Source: Eledone cirrhosa
Lineage: Eukaryota
Assembly (NCBI GenBank): GCA_964016885.1
Contig: OZ024743.1
Location: 136,214,001 to 136,278,000, forward strand
DNA length: 64,000 nucleotides
Direction of reading: 5' to 3'
Below are positions 25,901 through 39,005 of this stretch, piece by piece; the stretch's first letter is position 1, and every line of letters begins with the position of its first letter. Below the pieces are notes generated by a model. It was not told where the DNA came from. It ran no database searches and worked only from the letters and a program-made list of their open reading frames with translations. The position numbers and the translations under genes are program-made.

Positions 25901-27040
25901 TTGGTGCTTGTTGTTTGGTGCTTGGTGCTTGGTCTTTGGTGCTTGGTGTTTGGTGTTTGGGGCTTGGTGCTTGGTGTTTGGTGCTTGGTGCCTGGTGCTT
26001 GGTGTTTGGTGCTTGGTGCTTGGTGTTTGGTGATTGGTGCTTGGTGCTTGGTGCTTAGTGCTTGGTGTTTGGTGTTTGGTGCTTGGTGTTTGGTGTTTGA
26101 TGCTTGGTGCTTGGTGCTTGGTGCTTGGTGCTTGGTGTTCTGTGTTTGGTGCTTGGTGCTTGGTGCTTGTTGTTTGGTGCTTGGTGCTTGGTGATTAGTC
26201 TTTGGTGCTTGGTGCATGGTATTTGGTGTTTGGTGTTTCGTGATTGGGGTCTAGTGTTTGGGTTTTGGTGTTTGGTGCTTGGTGCTTAGTGTTTGGTGTT
26301 TGGTGCTTGGTGCTTGGTGTTTGGTGTTTGGTGTTTGGTGCTTGGTGCTTGGTGCTTTGTGCTTAGTGTTTGGTGCTGGGTGTATGGTGTTTGGTGCTTG
26401 GTGCTTGGTGCTTGGTGTTTGGTGTTTGGTGCTTGGTGTTTGGTACTTGGTGCTTGGTGCTTGGTGTTAAGTGTTTGGTGCTTGGTGCTTGGTGTTTGGT
26501 GCTTCGTGCTTGGTGCTTGGTGTTTGGTGCATGGTGCTTGGTGTTTGGGGCTTGGTGCCTGGTGCTTTCTGTTTGGTGCTAGGTGCTTGGTGCTTGGTCT
26601 TTGGTGTTTGGTGCTTGGTGCTTGGTGCTTGGTGTTTGGTGCTTGGTGCTTGGTGCTTGGTTATTAGTGTTTGGTGCTTGGTGCTTGGGGTTTGGTGTTT
26701 GGTGCTTGGTGCTTGGTGTTTGGTGTTTGCTGTATGGTGTTTGCTGTTTCGTGTTTGGTGTTTGGTGTTTGGTGTTTAATGCTTGGTGCTTGGTGTTTGG
26801 TGCTTGGTGCTTGGTGCTTGGTTATTAGTGTTTGGTGCTTGGTGCTTGGTGTTTGGTGCTTAGTGCTTGGTGCTGGGTGTTTGGTGCTTGGTGCTTGGTG
26901 TTTGGTGCTTGGTGCTTGATGCTTGGTGCTTGGTGTTTGGTCCTTGGTGCTTGGTGCTTGGTCTTTGGTGCTTGGGGTTTGGTGTTTGGTGCTTGGTGCT
27001 TGGTGTTTGGTGTTTGGTGCTTGCTGCTTGGTGCTTGGTG
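13950..27040 (+). repeat. Tandem duplication of a ~6.62 kb block (about 13950-20570 and 20570-27040)
   Basis: ORF-track offsets of 6617-6652: 14385/21002, 14781/21405, 15735/22359, 16641/23293, 17161/23778, 18277/24901, 19959/26583. The offset differences are whole-monomer indels. Confidence 0.92.
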
Positions 27041-30000
27041 CTTGGTGCTTGCTGTTTGGTGTTTGGTGTTTGGTGCTTGGTGCTTGGTGTTTGGTGTTTG
27101 GTGTTTGGTGTTTGGTGTTTGGTGCTTGGAGCTTGGTGTTTGGTGCTTGGTGTTTGGTGCTTGGTGTATGTACTTGGTGCTTGGTGCTTGGTGTTTGGTT
27201 CTTGGTTCTTGGTGTTTGGTGCTTGGTGCTTTGTACTTGGTGTTTGGTGCTTGGTGCCTGGTCTTTGGTGCTTGGTGTTTGGTGTTTGGTGCTTGGTGCT
27301 TGGTGTTTGGTGCTTGGTGCCTGGTGCTTGGTGTTTGGTGCTTGGTGCTTGGTGTTTGGTGATTGGTGCTTGGTGCTTGGTGCTTAATGCTTGGTGTTTG
27401 GTGTTTGGTGCTTGGTGTTTGGTGTTTGATGCTTGGTGCTTGGTGCTTGGTGCTTGGTGCATGCTGTTCTGTGTTTGGTGCTTGGTGCTTGGTGCTTGTT
27501 GTTTGGTGCTTGGTGCTTGGTGATTAGTCTTTGGTGCTTGGTGCTTGGTATTTGGTGTTTGGTGTTTCGTGCTTGGTGTCTAGTGTTTGGGTTTTGGTGT
27601 TTGGTGCTTGGTGCTTAGTGTTTGGTGTTTGATGCTTGGTGCTTGGTGTTTGGTGTTTGGTGCTTGGTGTTTGGTGCTTGGTGCTTTGTGCTTAGTGTTT
27701 GGTGCTGGGTGTATGGTGTTTGGTGCTTGGTGCTTGGTGCTTGTTGCTTGGTGCTTGGTGTTTTGTGTTTGGTGTTTGGTGCTTGGTGTATGTACTTGGT
27801 GCTTGGTGCTTGGTGTTTGGTGCTTGGTTCTTGGTGTTTGGTGCTTGGTGCTTGGTGCTTGGTGTTTGGTGTTTGGTGCTTGGTGTTTGGTACTTGGTGC
27901 TTGGTGCTTGGTGTTAAGTGTTTGGTGCTTGGTGCTTGGTGTTTGGTGCTTCGTGCTTGGTGCTTGGTGTTTGGTGCATGGTGCTTGGTGTTTGGGGCTT
28001 GGTGCCTGGTGCTTTGTGTTTGGTGCTAGGTGCTTGGTGCTTGGTCTTTGGTGTTTGGTGCTTAGTACTTGGTGCTTGGTGTTTGGTGCTTGGTGCTTGG
28101 TCCTTGGTTATTAGTGTTTGGTGTTTGGTGCTTGGCGCTTGGTGTTTGGTGCTTGGTGCTTGCTGCTTGGTGCTTGGTGTTTGGTGCTTGGTGCTTGGTG
28201 CTTGGTGTTTGGTGCTTGGTGTTCGGTGCTTGGTGCTTGGTGCTTGGTGCTTGGTGTTAGGTGTTTGGTGCTTGGTGCTTGGTGTTTGATGTTTGGTCCT
28301 TGGTGCTTGGTGTTTGGTGCTTGGTGCTTGGTGTTTGGTGTTTGGTGCTTGCTGCTTGGTGCTTGGTGCTTGTTGTTTGGTGCTTGGTGCTTGGTCTTTG
28401 GTGCTTGGTGTTTGGTGTTTGGTGCTTGGTGCTTGGTGCTTGGTTTTTGGTGCATGGTGCTTGGTGCTTGGTGTTTGGTGCTTGGTGCTTGGTGCTTGGT
28501 GCTTGCTGTTTGGTGTTTGGCGTTTGGTGCTTGGTGCTTGGTGTTTGGTGTTTGGTGTTTGGTGTTTGGTGTTTGGTGCTTGGTGCTTGGTGTTTGGTGC
28601 TTGGTGTTTGGTGCTTGGTGTATGTACTTGGTGCTTGGTGCTTGGTGTTTGGTGCTTGGTTCTTGGTGTTTGGTGCTTGGTGCTTTGTACTTGGTGTTTG
28701 GTGCTTGGTGCTTGGTCTTTGGTGCTTGGTGTTTTGTGTTTGGTGCTTGGTGCTTGGTGTTTGGTGCTTGGTGCCTGGTGCTTGGTGTTTGGTGCTTGGT
28801 GCTTGGTGTTTGGTGATTGGTGCTTGGTGCTTGGTGCTTAGTGCTTGGTGTTTGGTGTTTGGTGCTTGGTGTTTGGTGTTTGATGCTTGGTGCTTGGTGC
28901 TTGGTGCTTGGTGCATGGTGTTCTGTGTTTGGTGCTTGGTGCTTGGTGCTTGTTGTTTGGTGCTTGGTGCTTGGTGATTAGTCTTTGGTGCTTGGTGCTT
29001 GGTATTTGGTGTTTGGTGTTTCGTGCTTGGTGTCTAGTGTTTGGGTTTTGGTGTTTGGTGCTTGGTGCTTAGTGTTTGGTGTTTGGTGCTTGGTGCTTGG
29101 TGTTTGGTGTTTGGTGCTTGGTGTTTGGTGCTTGGTGCTTTGTGCTTAGTGTTTGGTGCTGGGTGTATGGTGTTTGGTGCTTGGTGCTTGGTGCTTGGTG
29201 TTTGTTGTTTGGTGCTTGGTACTTGGTGTTTGGTGTTTGATGCTTGGTGTTTGATGCTTGTTGCTTGGTGCTTGGTGTTTTGTGTTTGGTGTTTGGTGCT
29301 TGGTGTATGTACTTGGTGCTTGGTGCTTGGTGTTTGGTGCTTGGTTCTAGGTGTTTGGTGCTTGGTGCTTGGTGCTTGATGTTTGGTGCTTGGTGCTTGG
29401 TGTTTGGTGCTTGGTGTTTGGTGTTTGGTGCTTGGTGTTTGGTACTTGGTGCTTGGTGCTTGGTGTTAAGTGTTTGGTGCTTGGTGCTTGGTGTTTGGTG
29501 CTTCGTGCTTGGTGCTTGGTGTTTGGTGCATGGTGCTTGGTGTTTGGGGCTTGGTGCCTGGTGCTTTGTGTTTGGTGCTAGGTGCTTGGTGCTTGGTCTT
29601 TGGTGTTTGGTGCTTAGTACTTGGTGCTTGGTGTTTGGTGCTTGGTGCTTGGTGCTTGGTTATTAGTGTTTGGTGTTTGGTGCTTGGCGCTTGGTGTTTG
29701 GTGCTTGGTGCTTGCTGCTTGGTGCTTGGTGTTTGGTGCTTGGTGCTTGGTGCTTGGTGTTTGGTGCTTGGTGTTCGGTGCTTGGTGCTTGGTGCTTGGT
29801 GCTTGGTGTTAGGTGTTTGGTGCTTGGTGCTTGGTGTTTGATGTTTGGTCCTTGGTGCTTGGTGTTTGGTGCTTGGTGCTTGGTGTTTGGTGTTTGGTGC
29901 TTGCTGCTTGGTGCTTGGTGCTTGTTGTTTGGTGCTTGGTGCTTGGTCTTTGGTGCTTGGTGTTTGGTGTTTGGTGCTTGGTGCTTGGTGCTTGGTTTTT

Positions 30001-30560
30001 GGTGCATGGTGCTTGGTGCTTGGTGTTTGGTGCTTGGTGCTTGGTGCTTGTTGTTTGGTGCTTGGTGCTTGGTCTTTGGTGCTTGGTGTTTGGTGTTTGG
30101 GGCTTGGTGCTTGGTGTTTGGTGCTTGGTGCCTGGTGCTTGGTGTTTGGTGCTTGGTGCTTGGTGTTTGGTGATTGGTGCTTGGTGCTTGGTGCTTAGTG
30201 CTTGGTGTTTGGTGTTTGGTGCTTGGTGTTTGGTGTTTGATGCTTGGTGCTTGGTGCTTGGTGCTTGGTGCTTGGTGTTCTGTGTTTGGTGCTTGGTGCT
30301 TGGTGCTTGTTGTTTGGTGCTTGGTGCTTGGTGATTAGTCTTTGGTGCTTGGTGCATGGTATTTGGTGTTTGGTGTTTCGTGATTGGGGTCTAGTGTTTG
30401 GGTTTTGGTGTTTGGTGCTTGGTGCTTAGTGTTTGGTGTTTGGTGCTTGGTGCTTGGTGTTTGGTGTTTGGTGTTTGGTGCTTGGTGCTTGGTGCTTTGT
30501 GCTTAGTGTTTGGTGCTGGGTGTATGGTGTTTGGTGCTTGGTGCTTGGTGCTTGGTGTTT
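22900..30560 (+). repeat. Duplication at a 4140-bp offset (about 22900-26420 recurs at about 27040-30560)
   Basis: Constant 4140 offset: 23293/27433, 23778/27918, 24747/28887, 26104/30244. The sequence lines at 23281 and 27421 are identical. Confidence 0.93.
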
Positions 30561-33500
30561 GTTGTTTGGTGCTTGGTACTTGGTGTTTGGTGTTTGATGC
30601 TTGGTGTTTGATGCTTGTTGCTTGGTGCTTGGTGTTTTGTGTTTGGTGTTTGGTGCTTGGTGTATGTACTTGGTGCTTGGTGTTTGGTGCTTGGTTCTTG
30701 GTGTTTGGTGCTTGGTGCTTGGTGCTTGGTGTTTGGTGCTTGGTGCTTGGTGTTTGGTGCTTGGTGTTTGGTATTTGGTGCTTGGTGTTTGGTACTTTGT
30801 GCTTGGTGCTTGGTGTTAAGTGTTTGGTGCTTGGTGTTTGGTGCTTCGTGCTTGGTGCTTGGTGTTTGGTGCATGGTGCTTGTTGTTTGGGGCTTGGTGC
30901 CTGGTGCTTTGTGTTTGGTGCTAGGTGCTTGGTGCTTGGTCTTTGGTGTTTGGTGCTTGGTACTTGGTGCTTGGTGTTTGGTGCTTGGTGCTTGGTGCTT
31001 GGTTATTAGTGTTTGGTGTTTGGTGCTTGGCGCTTGGTGTTTGGTGCTTGGTGCTTGGTGCTTGGTGTTTGGTGTTTGGTGCTTGCTGCTTGGTGCTTGG
31101 TGTTTGGTGCTTGGTGCTTGGTGCTTGGTGTTTGGTGCTTGGTGCTTGCTGTTTGGTGTTTGGTCTTTGGTGCTTGGTGCTTGGTGTTTGGTGTTTGGTG
31201 TTTGGTGTTTGGTGTTTGGTGCTTGGTGCTTCGTGTTTGGTGCTTGGTGTTTGGTGCTTGGTGTATGTACTTGGTGCTTGGTGCTTGGTGTTTGGTGCTT
31301 GGTTCTTGGTGTTTGGTGCTTGGTGCTTGGTGCTTGGTGTTTGGTGCTTGGTGCTTGGTGTTTGGTACTTGGTGCTTGGTGTTTGGTGTTTGGTGTTTGG
31401 TGTTTGGTGCTTGGTGCTTGGTGCTTGGTGTTAAGTGTTTGGTGCTTGGTGCTTCGTGTTTGGTGCTTCGTGCTTGGTGCTTGGTGTTTGGTGCATGGTG
31501 CTTGATGTTTGGGGCTTGGTGCCTGGTGCTTGGTGTTTGGTGCTTGGTGCTTGGTGCTTGGTGTTTGGTGTTTGGTGCTTGGTGCTTGGTGTTTGGTGCT
31601 TGGTGTTTGGTGCTTGGTGTTCGGTGCTTGGTGCTTGGTGCTTGGTACTTGGTGTTAGGTTTTTGGTGCTTGGGGCTTGGTGTTTGGTGTTTGGTGCTTG
31701 GTGCTTGGTGTTTGGTGTTTGGTGCTTGGTGTTTGGTGTTTGGTGCTTTGTGCTTGGTGTTTGGTGCTGGGTGTATGGTGTTTGGTGCTTGGTGCTTGGT
31801 GCTTGGTGTTTGGTGTTTGGTGCTTGGTACTTGGTGTTTGGTGTTTGATGCTTGGTGTTTGATGCTTGTTGCTTGGTGCTTGGTGTTTTGTGTTTGGTGT
31901 TTGGTGCTTGGTGTATGTACTTGGTGCTTGGTGATTGGTGTTTGGTGCTTGGTTCTTGGTTTTTGGTGCTTGGTGCTTGGTGCTTGGTGTTTGGTGCTTG
32001 GTGCTTGGTGTTTGGTGCTTGGTGTTTGGTGTTTGGTGCTTGGTGTTTGGTACTTGGTGCTTGGTGCTTGGTGTTAAGTGTTTGGTGCTTGGTTCTTGGT
32101 GTTTGGTGCTTGGTGCTTGGTGCTTGGTGTTTGGTGCATGGTGCTTGGTGTTTGGGGCTTGGTGCCTGGTGCTTTGTGTTTGGTGCTAGGTGCTTGGTGC
32201 TTGGTCTTTGGTGTTTGGTGCTTGGTGCTTGGTGCTTGGTGTTTGGTGCTTGGTGCTTGGTGCTTGGTTATTAGTGTTTGGTGCTTGGTGCTTGGGGTTT
32301 GGTGTTTGGTGCTTGGTGCTTGGTGTTTGGTGTTTGCTGTATGGTGTTTGCTGTTTCGTGTTTGGTGTTTGCTGTTTGGTGTTTAATGCTTGGTGCTTGG
32401 TGCTTGGTGTTTGGTGCTTGGTGCTTGGTGCTTGGTGTTTGGCGTTTGCTCTTTGCTGTTTGGTGTTTGGTGCTTGCTGTTTGGTGTTTGGTGTTTGGTG
32501 TTTGGTGTTTGGTGCTTGATGTTTGGTGCTTGGTGCTTGGTGTTTGGTGTTTGGTGTTTGGTGCTTGGTGCTTGGTGGTTGGTGCTTGGTGCTGGGTGTT
32601 TGGTGCTAGGTGCTTGGTGTTTGGTGCTTGGTGCTTGGTGCTTGGTGCTTGGTCTTTGGTGCTTGGTGTTTGGTGTTTGGTGCTTGGTGCTTGGTGTTTG
32701 GTGCTTGGGGCTTGGTGTTTGGTGCTTGGTGATTGCTGCTTGGTGTTTGGTGTTTGGTGCTTGGTGCTTGGTGCTTGGTGATTAGTGTTTGGTGCTTGGT
32801 GCTTGGTGCCTTGTCCTTGGTGCTTGGTGCTTGTTGTTTGGTGCTTGGTGCTTGGTGATTAGTGTTTGGTGCTTGGTGCTTGGGGCTTGGTGTTTGCTGC
32901 TTGGTGCTTGCTGTTTGGTGGTTGCTGTTTAGTGCTTGGTGTTTGGTGCTTGGTGCTTGGTGCTGGGTGGTTGGTGTTTGGTGCTTGGTGCTTGGTGTTT
33001 GGTGCTTGGTGCTTGGTGCTTGTTGTTTGGTGCTTGGTGCTTGGTCTTTGGTGCTTGGTGTTTGGTGTTTGGTGCTTGGTGCTTGGTGCTTGGTTTTTGG
33101 TGCTTGGTGCTTGGTGCTTGGTGTTTGGTGCTTGGTGCTTGGTGCTTGTTGTTTGGTGCTTGGTGCTTGGTCTTTGGTGCTTGGTGTTTGGTGTTTGGTG
33201 CTTGGTGCTTCGTGTTTGGTGCTTAGTGCCTGGTGCTTGGTGTTTGGTGCTTGGTGCTTGGTGTTTGCTGATTGGTGCTTGGTGCTTGGTGCTTAGTGCT
33301 TGGTGTTTGGTGTTTGGTGCTTGGTGTTTGGTGTTTGGTGTTTGATGCTTGGTTTTTGCTGCTTGGTGCTTGGTGCTTGGTGCTTGGTGTTCTGTGTTTG
33401 GTGCTTGGTGCTTGGTGCCTGGTGCTTGGTGCTTGGTGCTTGTTGTTTGGTGCTTGGTGCTTGGTGATTAGTCTTTGGTGCTTGGTGCTTGGTGTTTGGT

Positions 33501-36500
33501 GTTTGGTGTTTCGTGCTTGGTGCTTGGTGTTTGGTGTTTGGTGCTTGGTGTTTGGTGCTTGGTGCTTTGAGCTTGGTGTTTGGTGCTGGGTGTATGGTGT
33601 TTGGTGCTTGGTGCTTGGTGCTTGGTGTTTGGTGTTTGGTGCTTGGTACTTGGTGTTTGGTGTTTGATGCTTGGTGTTTGATGCTTGTTGTTTGGTGCTT
33701 GGTGCTTGGTCTTTGGTGCTTGGTGTTTGGTGTTTGGTGCTTGGTGCTTGGTGCTTGGTTTTTGGTGCATGGTGCTTGGTGCTTGGTGTTTGGTGCTTGG
33801 TGCTTGGTGCTTGGTGCTTGCTGTTTGGTGTTTGGCGTTTGGTGCTTGGTGCTTGGTGTTTGGTGTTTGGTGTTTGGTGTTTGGTGTTTGGTGCTTGGTG
33901 CTTGGTGTTTGGTGCTTGGTGTTTGGTGCTTGGTGTATGTACTTGGTGCTTGGTGCTTGGTGTTTGGTGCTTGGTTCTTGGTGTTTGGTGCTTGGTGCTT
34001 TGTACTTGGTGTTTGGTGCTTGGTGCTTGGTCTTTGGTGCTTGGTGTTTTGTGTTTGGTGCTTGGTGCTTGGTGTTTGGTGCTTGGTGCCTGGTGCTTGG
34101 TGTTTGGTGCTTGGTGCTTGGTGTTTGGTGATTGGTGCTTGGTGCTTGGTGCTTAGTGCTTGGTGTTTGGTGTTTGGTGCTTGGTGTTTGGTGTTTGATG
34201 CTTGGTGCTTGGTGCTTGGTGCTTGGTGCATGGTGTTCTGTGTTTGGTGCTTGGTGCTTGGTGCTTGTTGTTTGGTGCTTGGTGCTTGGTGATTAGTCTT
34301 TGGTGCTTGGTGCTTGGTATTTGGTGTTTGGTGTTTCGTGCTTGGTGTCTAGTGTTTGGGTTTTGGTGTTTGGTGCTTGGTGCTTAGTGTTTGGTGTTTG
34401 GTGCTTGGTGCTTGGTGTTTGGTGTTTGGTGCTTGGTGTTTGGTGCTTGGTGCTTTGTGCTTAGTGTTTGGTGCTGGGTGTATGGTGTTTGGTGCTTGGT
34501 GCTTGGTGCTTGGTGTTTGTTGTTTGGTGCTTGGTACTTGGTGTTTGGTGTTTGATGCTTGGTGTTTGATGCTTGTTGCTTGGTGCTTGGTGTTTTGTGT
34601 TTGGTGTTTGGTGCTTGGTGTATGTACTTGGTGCTTGGTGCTTGGTGTTTGGTGCTTGGTTCTAGGTGTTTGGTGCTTGGTGCTTGGTGCTTGATGTTTG
34701 GTGCTTGGTGCTTGGTGTTTGGTGCTTGGTGTTTGGTGTTTGGTGCTTGGTGTTTGGTACTTGGTGCTTGGTGCTTGGTGTTAAGTGTTTGGTGCTTGGT
34801 GCTTGGTGTTTGGTGCTTCGTGCTTGGTGCTTGGTGTTTGGTGCATGGTGCTTGGTGTTTGGGGCTTGGTGCCTGGTGCTTTGTGTTTGGTGCTAGGTGC
34901 TTGGTGCTTGGTCTTTGGTGTTTGGTGCTTAGTACTTGGTGCTTGGTGTTTGGTGCTTGGTGCTTGGTGCTTGGTTATTAGTGTTTGGTGTTTGGTGCTT
35001 GGCGCTTGGTGTTTGGTGCTTGGTGCTTGCTGCTTGGTGCTTGGTGTTTGGTGCTTGGTGCTTGGTGCTTGGTGTTTGGTGCTTGGTGTTCGGTGCTTGG
35101 TGCTTGGTGCTTGGTGCTTGGTGTTAGGTGTTTGGTGCTTGGTGCTTGGTGTTTGATGTTTGGTCCTTGGTGCTTGGTGTTTGGTGCTTGGTGCTTGGTG
35201 TTTGGTGTTTGGTGCTTGCTGCTTGGTGCTTGGTGCTTGTTGTTTGGTGCTTGGTGCTTGGTCTTTGGTGCTTGGTGTTTGGTGTTTGGTGCTTGGTGCT
35301 TGGTGCTTGGTTTTTGGTGCATGGTGCTTGGTGCTTGGTGTTTGGTGCTTGGTGCTTGGTGCTTGTTGTTTGGTGCTTGGTGCTTGGTCTTTGGTGCTTG
35401 GTGTTTGGTGTTTGGGGCTTGGTGCTTGGTGTTTGGTGCTTGGTGCCTGGTGCTTGGTGTTTGGTGCTTGGTGCTTGGTGTTTGGTGATTGGTGCTTGGT
35501 GCTTGGTGCTTAGTGCTTGGTGTTTGGTGTTTGGTGCTTGGTGTTTGGTGTTTGATGCTTGGTGCTTGGTGCTTGGTGCTTGGTGCTTGGTGTTCTGTGT
35601 TTGGTGCTTGGTGCTTGGTGCTTGTTGTTTGGTGCTTGGTGCTTGGTGATTAGTCTTTGGTGCTTGGTGCATGGTATTTGGTGTTTGGTGTTTCGTGATT
35701 GGGGTCTAGTGTTTGGGTTTTGGTGTTTGGTGCTTGGTGCTTAGTGTTTGGTGTTTGGTGCTTGGTGCTTGGTGTTTGGTGTTTGGTGTTTGGTGCTTGG
35801 TGCTTGGTGCTTTGTGCTTAGTGTTTGGTGCTGGGTGTATGGTGTTTGGTGCTTGGTGCTTGGTGCTTGGTGTTTGTTGTTTGGTGCTTGGTACTTGGTG
35901 TTTGGTGTTTGATGCTTGGTGTTTGATGCTTGTTGCTTGGTGCTTGGTGTTTTGTGTTTGGTGTTTGGTGCTTGGTGTATGTACTTGGTGCTTGGTGTTT
36001 GGTGCTTGGTTCTTGGTGTTTGGTGCTTGGTGCTTGGTGCTTGGTGTTTGGTGCTTGGTGCTTGGTGTTTGGTGCTTGGTGTTTGGTATTTGGTGCTTGG
36101 TGTTTGGTACTTTGTGCTTGGTGCTTGGTGTTAAGTGTTTGGTGCTTGGTGTTTGGTGCTTCGTGCTTGGTGCTTGGTGTTTGGTGCATGGTGCTTGTTG
36201 TTTGGGGCTTGGTGCCTGGTGCTTTGTGTTTGGTGCTAGGTGCTTGGTGCTTGGTCTTTGGTGTTTGGTGCTTGGTACTTGGTGCTTGGTGTTTGGTGCT
36301 TGGTGCTTGGTGCTTGGTTATTAGTGTTTGGTGTTTGGTGCTTGGCGCTTGGTGTTTGGTGCTTGGTGCTTGGTGCTTGGTGTTTGGTGTTTGGTGCTTG
36401 CTGCTTGGTGCTTGGTGTTTGGTGCTTGGTGCTTGGTGCTTGGTGTTTGGTGCTTGGTGCTTGCTGTTTGGTGTTTGGTCTTTGGTGCTTGGTGCTTGGT

Positions 36501-39005
36501 GTTTGGTGTTTGGTGTTTGGTGTTTGGTGTTTGGTGCTTGGTGCTTCGTGTTTGGTGCTTGGTGTTTGGTGCTTGGTGTATGTACTTGGTGCTTGGTGCT
36601 TGGTGTTTGGTGCTTGGTTCTTGGTGTTTGGTGCTTGGTGCTTGGTGCTTGGTGTTTGGTGCTTGGTGCTTGGTGTTTGGTACTTGGTGCTTGGTGTTTG
36701 GTGTTTGGTGTTTGGTGTTTGGTGCTTGGTGCTTGGTGCTTGGTGTTAAGTGTTTGGTGCTTGGTGCTTCGTGTTTGGTGCTTCGTGCTTGGTGCTTGGT
36801 GTTTGGTGCATGGTGCTTGATGTTTGGGGCTTGGTGCCTGGTGCTTGGTGTTTGGTGCTTGGTGCTTGGTGCTTGGTGTTTGGTGTTTGGTGCTTGGTGC
36901 TTGGTGTTTGGTGCTTGGTGTTTGGTGCTTGGTGTTCGGTGCTTGGTGCTTGGTGCTTGGTACTTGGTGTTAGGTTTTTGGTGCTTGGGGCTTGGTGTTT
37001 GGTGTTTGGTGCTTGGTGCTTGGTGTTTGGTGTTTGGTGCTTGGTGTTTGGTGTTTGGTGCTTTGTGCTTGGTGTTTGGTGCTGGGTGTATGGTGTTTGG
37101 TGCTTGGTGCTTGGTGCTTGGTGTTTGGTGTTTGGTGCTTGGTACTTGGTGTTTGGTGTTTGATGCTTGGTGTTTGATGCTTGTTGCTTGGTGCTTGGTG
37201 TTTTGTGTTTGGTGTTTGGTGCTTGGTGTATGTACTTGGTGCTTGGTGATTGGTGTTTGGTGCTTGGTTCTTGGTTTTTGGTGCTTGGTGCTTGGTGCTT
37301 GGTGTTTGGTGCTTGGTGCTTGGTGTTTGGTGCTTGGTGTTTGGTGTTTGGTGCTTGGTGTTTGGTACTTGGTGCTTGGTGCTTGGTGTTAAGTTTTTGG
37401 TGCTTGGTTCTTGGTGTTTGGTGCTTGGTGCTTGGTGCTTGGTGTTTGGTGCATGGTGCTTGGTGTTTGGGGCTTGGTGCCTGGTGCTTTGTGTTTGGTG
37501 CTAGGTGCTTGGTGCTTGGTCTTTGGTGTTTGGTGCTTGGTGCTTGGTGCTTGGTGTTTGGTGCTTGGTGCTTGGTGCTTGGTTATTAGTGTTTGGTGCT
37601 TGGTGCTTGGGGTTTGGTGTTTGGTGCTTGGTGCTTGGTGTTTGGTGTTTGCTGTATGGTGTTTGCTGTTTCGTGTTTGGTGTTTGCTGTTTGGTGTTTA
37701 ATGCTTGGTGCTTGGTGCTTGGTGTTTGGTGCTTGGTGCTTGGTGCTTGGTGTTTGGCGTTTGCTCTTTGCTGTTTGGTGTTTGGTGCTTGCTGTTTGGT
37801 GTTTGGTGTTTGGTGTTTGGTGTTTGGTGCTTGATGTTTGGTGCTTGGTGCTTGGTGTTTGGTGTTTGGTGTTTGGTGCTTGGTGCTTGGTGGTTGGTGC
37901 TTGGTGCTGGGTGTTTGGTGCTAGGTGCTTGGTGTTTGGTGCTTGGTGCTTGGTGCTTGGTGCTTGGTCTTTGGTGCTTGGTGTTTGGTGTTTGGTGCTT
38001 GGTGCTTGGTGTTTGGTGCTTGGGGCTTGGTGTTTGGTGCTTGGTGATTGCTGCTTGGTGTTTGGTGTTTGGTGCTTGGTGCTTGGTGCTTGGTGATTAG
38101 TGTTTGGTGCTTGGTGCTTGGTGCCTTGTCCTTGGTGCTTGGTGCTTGTTGTTTGGTGCTTGGTGCTTGGTGATTAGTGTTTGGTGCTTGGTGCTTGGGG
38201 CTTGGTGTTTGCTGCTTGGTGCTTGCTGTTTGGTGGTTGCTGTTTAGTGCTTGGTGTTTGGTGCTTGGTGCTTGGTGCTGGGTGGTTGGTGTTTGGTGCT
38301 TGGTGCTTGGTGTTTGGTGCTTGGTGCTTGGTGCTTGTTGTTTGGTGCTTGGTGCTTGGTCTTTGGTGCTTGGTGTTTGGTGTTTGGTGCTTGGTGCTTG
38401 GTGCTTGGTTTTTGGTGCTTGGTGCTTGGTGCTTGGTGTTTGGTGCTTGGTGCTTGGTGCTTGTTGTTTGGTGCTTGGTGCTTGGTCTTTGGTGCTTGGT
38501 GTTTGGTGTTTGGTGCTTGGTGCTTCGTGTTTGGTGCTTAGTGCCTGGTGCTTGGTGTTTGGTGCTTGGTGCTTGGTGTTTGCTGATTGGTGCTTGGTGC
38601 TTGGTGCTTAGTGCTTGGTGTTTGGTGTTTGGTGCTTGGTGTTTGGTGTTTGGTGTTTGATGCTTGGTTTTTGCTGCTTGGTGCTTGGTGCTTGGTGCTT
38701 GGTGTTCTGTGTTTGGTGCTTGGTGCTTGGTGCCTGGTGCTTGGTGCTTGGTGCTTGTTGTTTGGTGCTTGGTGCTTGGTGATTAGTCTTTGGTGCTTGG
38801 TGCTTGGTGTTTGGTGTTTGGTGTTTCGTGCTTGGTGCTTGGTGTTTGGTGTTTGGTGCTTGGTGTTTGGTGCTTGGTGCTTTGAGCTTGGTGTTTGGTG
38901 CTGGGTGTATGGTGTTTGGTGCTTGGTGCTTGGTGCTTGGTGTTTGGTGTTTGGTGCTTGGTACTTGGTGTTTGGTGTTTGATGCTTGGTGTTTGATGCT
39001 TGTTG
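28367..39005 (+). repeat. Near-perfect tandem duplication, unit 5315 bp, junction at ~33682-33690
   Basis: Constant 5315 offset: 28887/34202, 30398/35713, 31013/36328, 32862/38177, 33489/38804. One substitution noticed (TAAGTGT ~32075 vs TAAGTTT ~37390). Confidence 0.94.
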
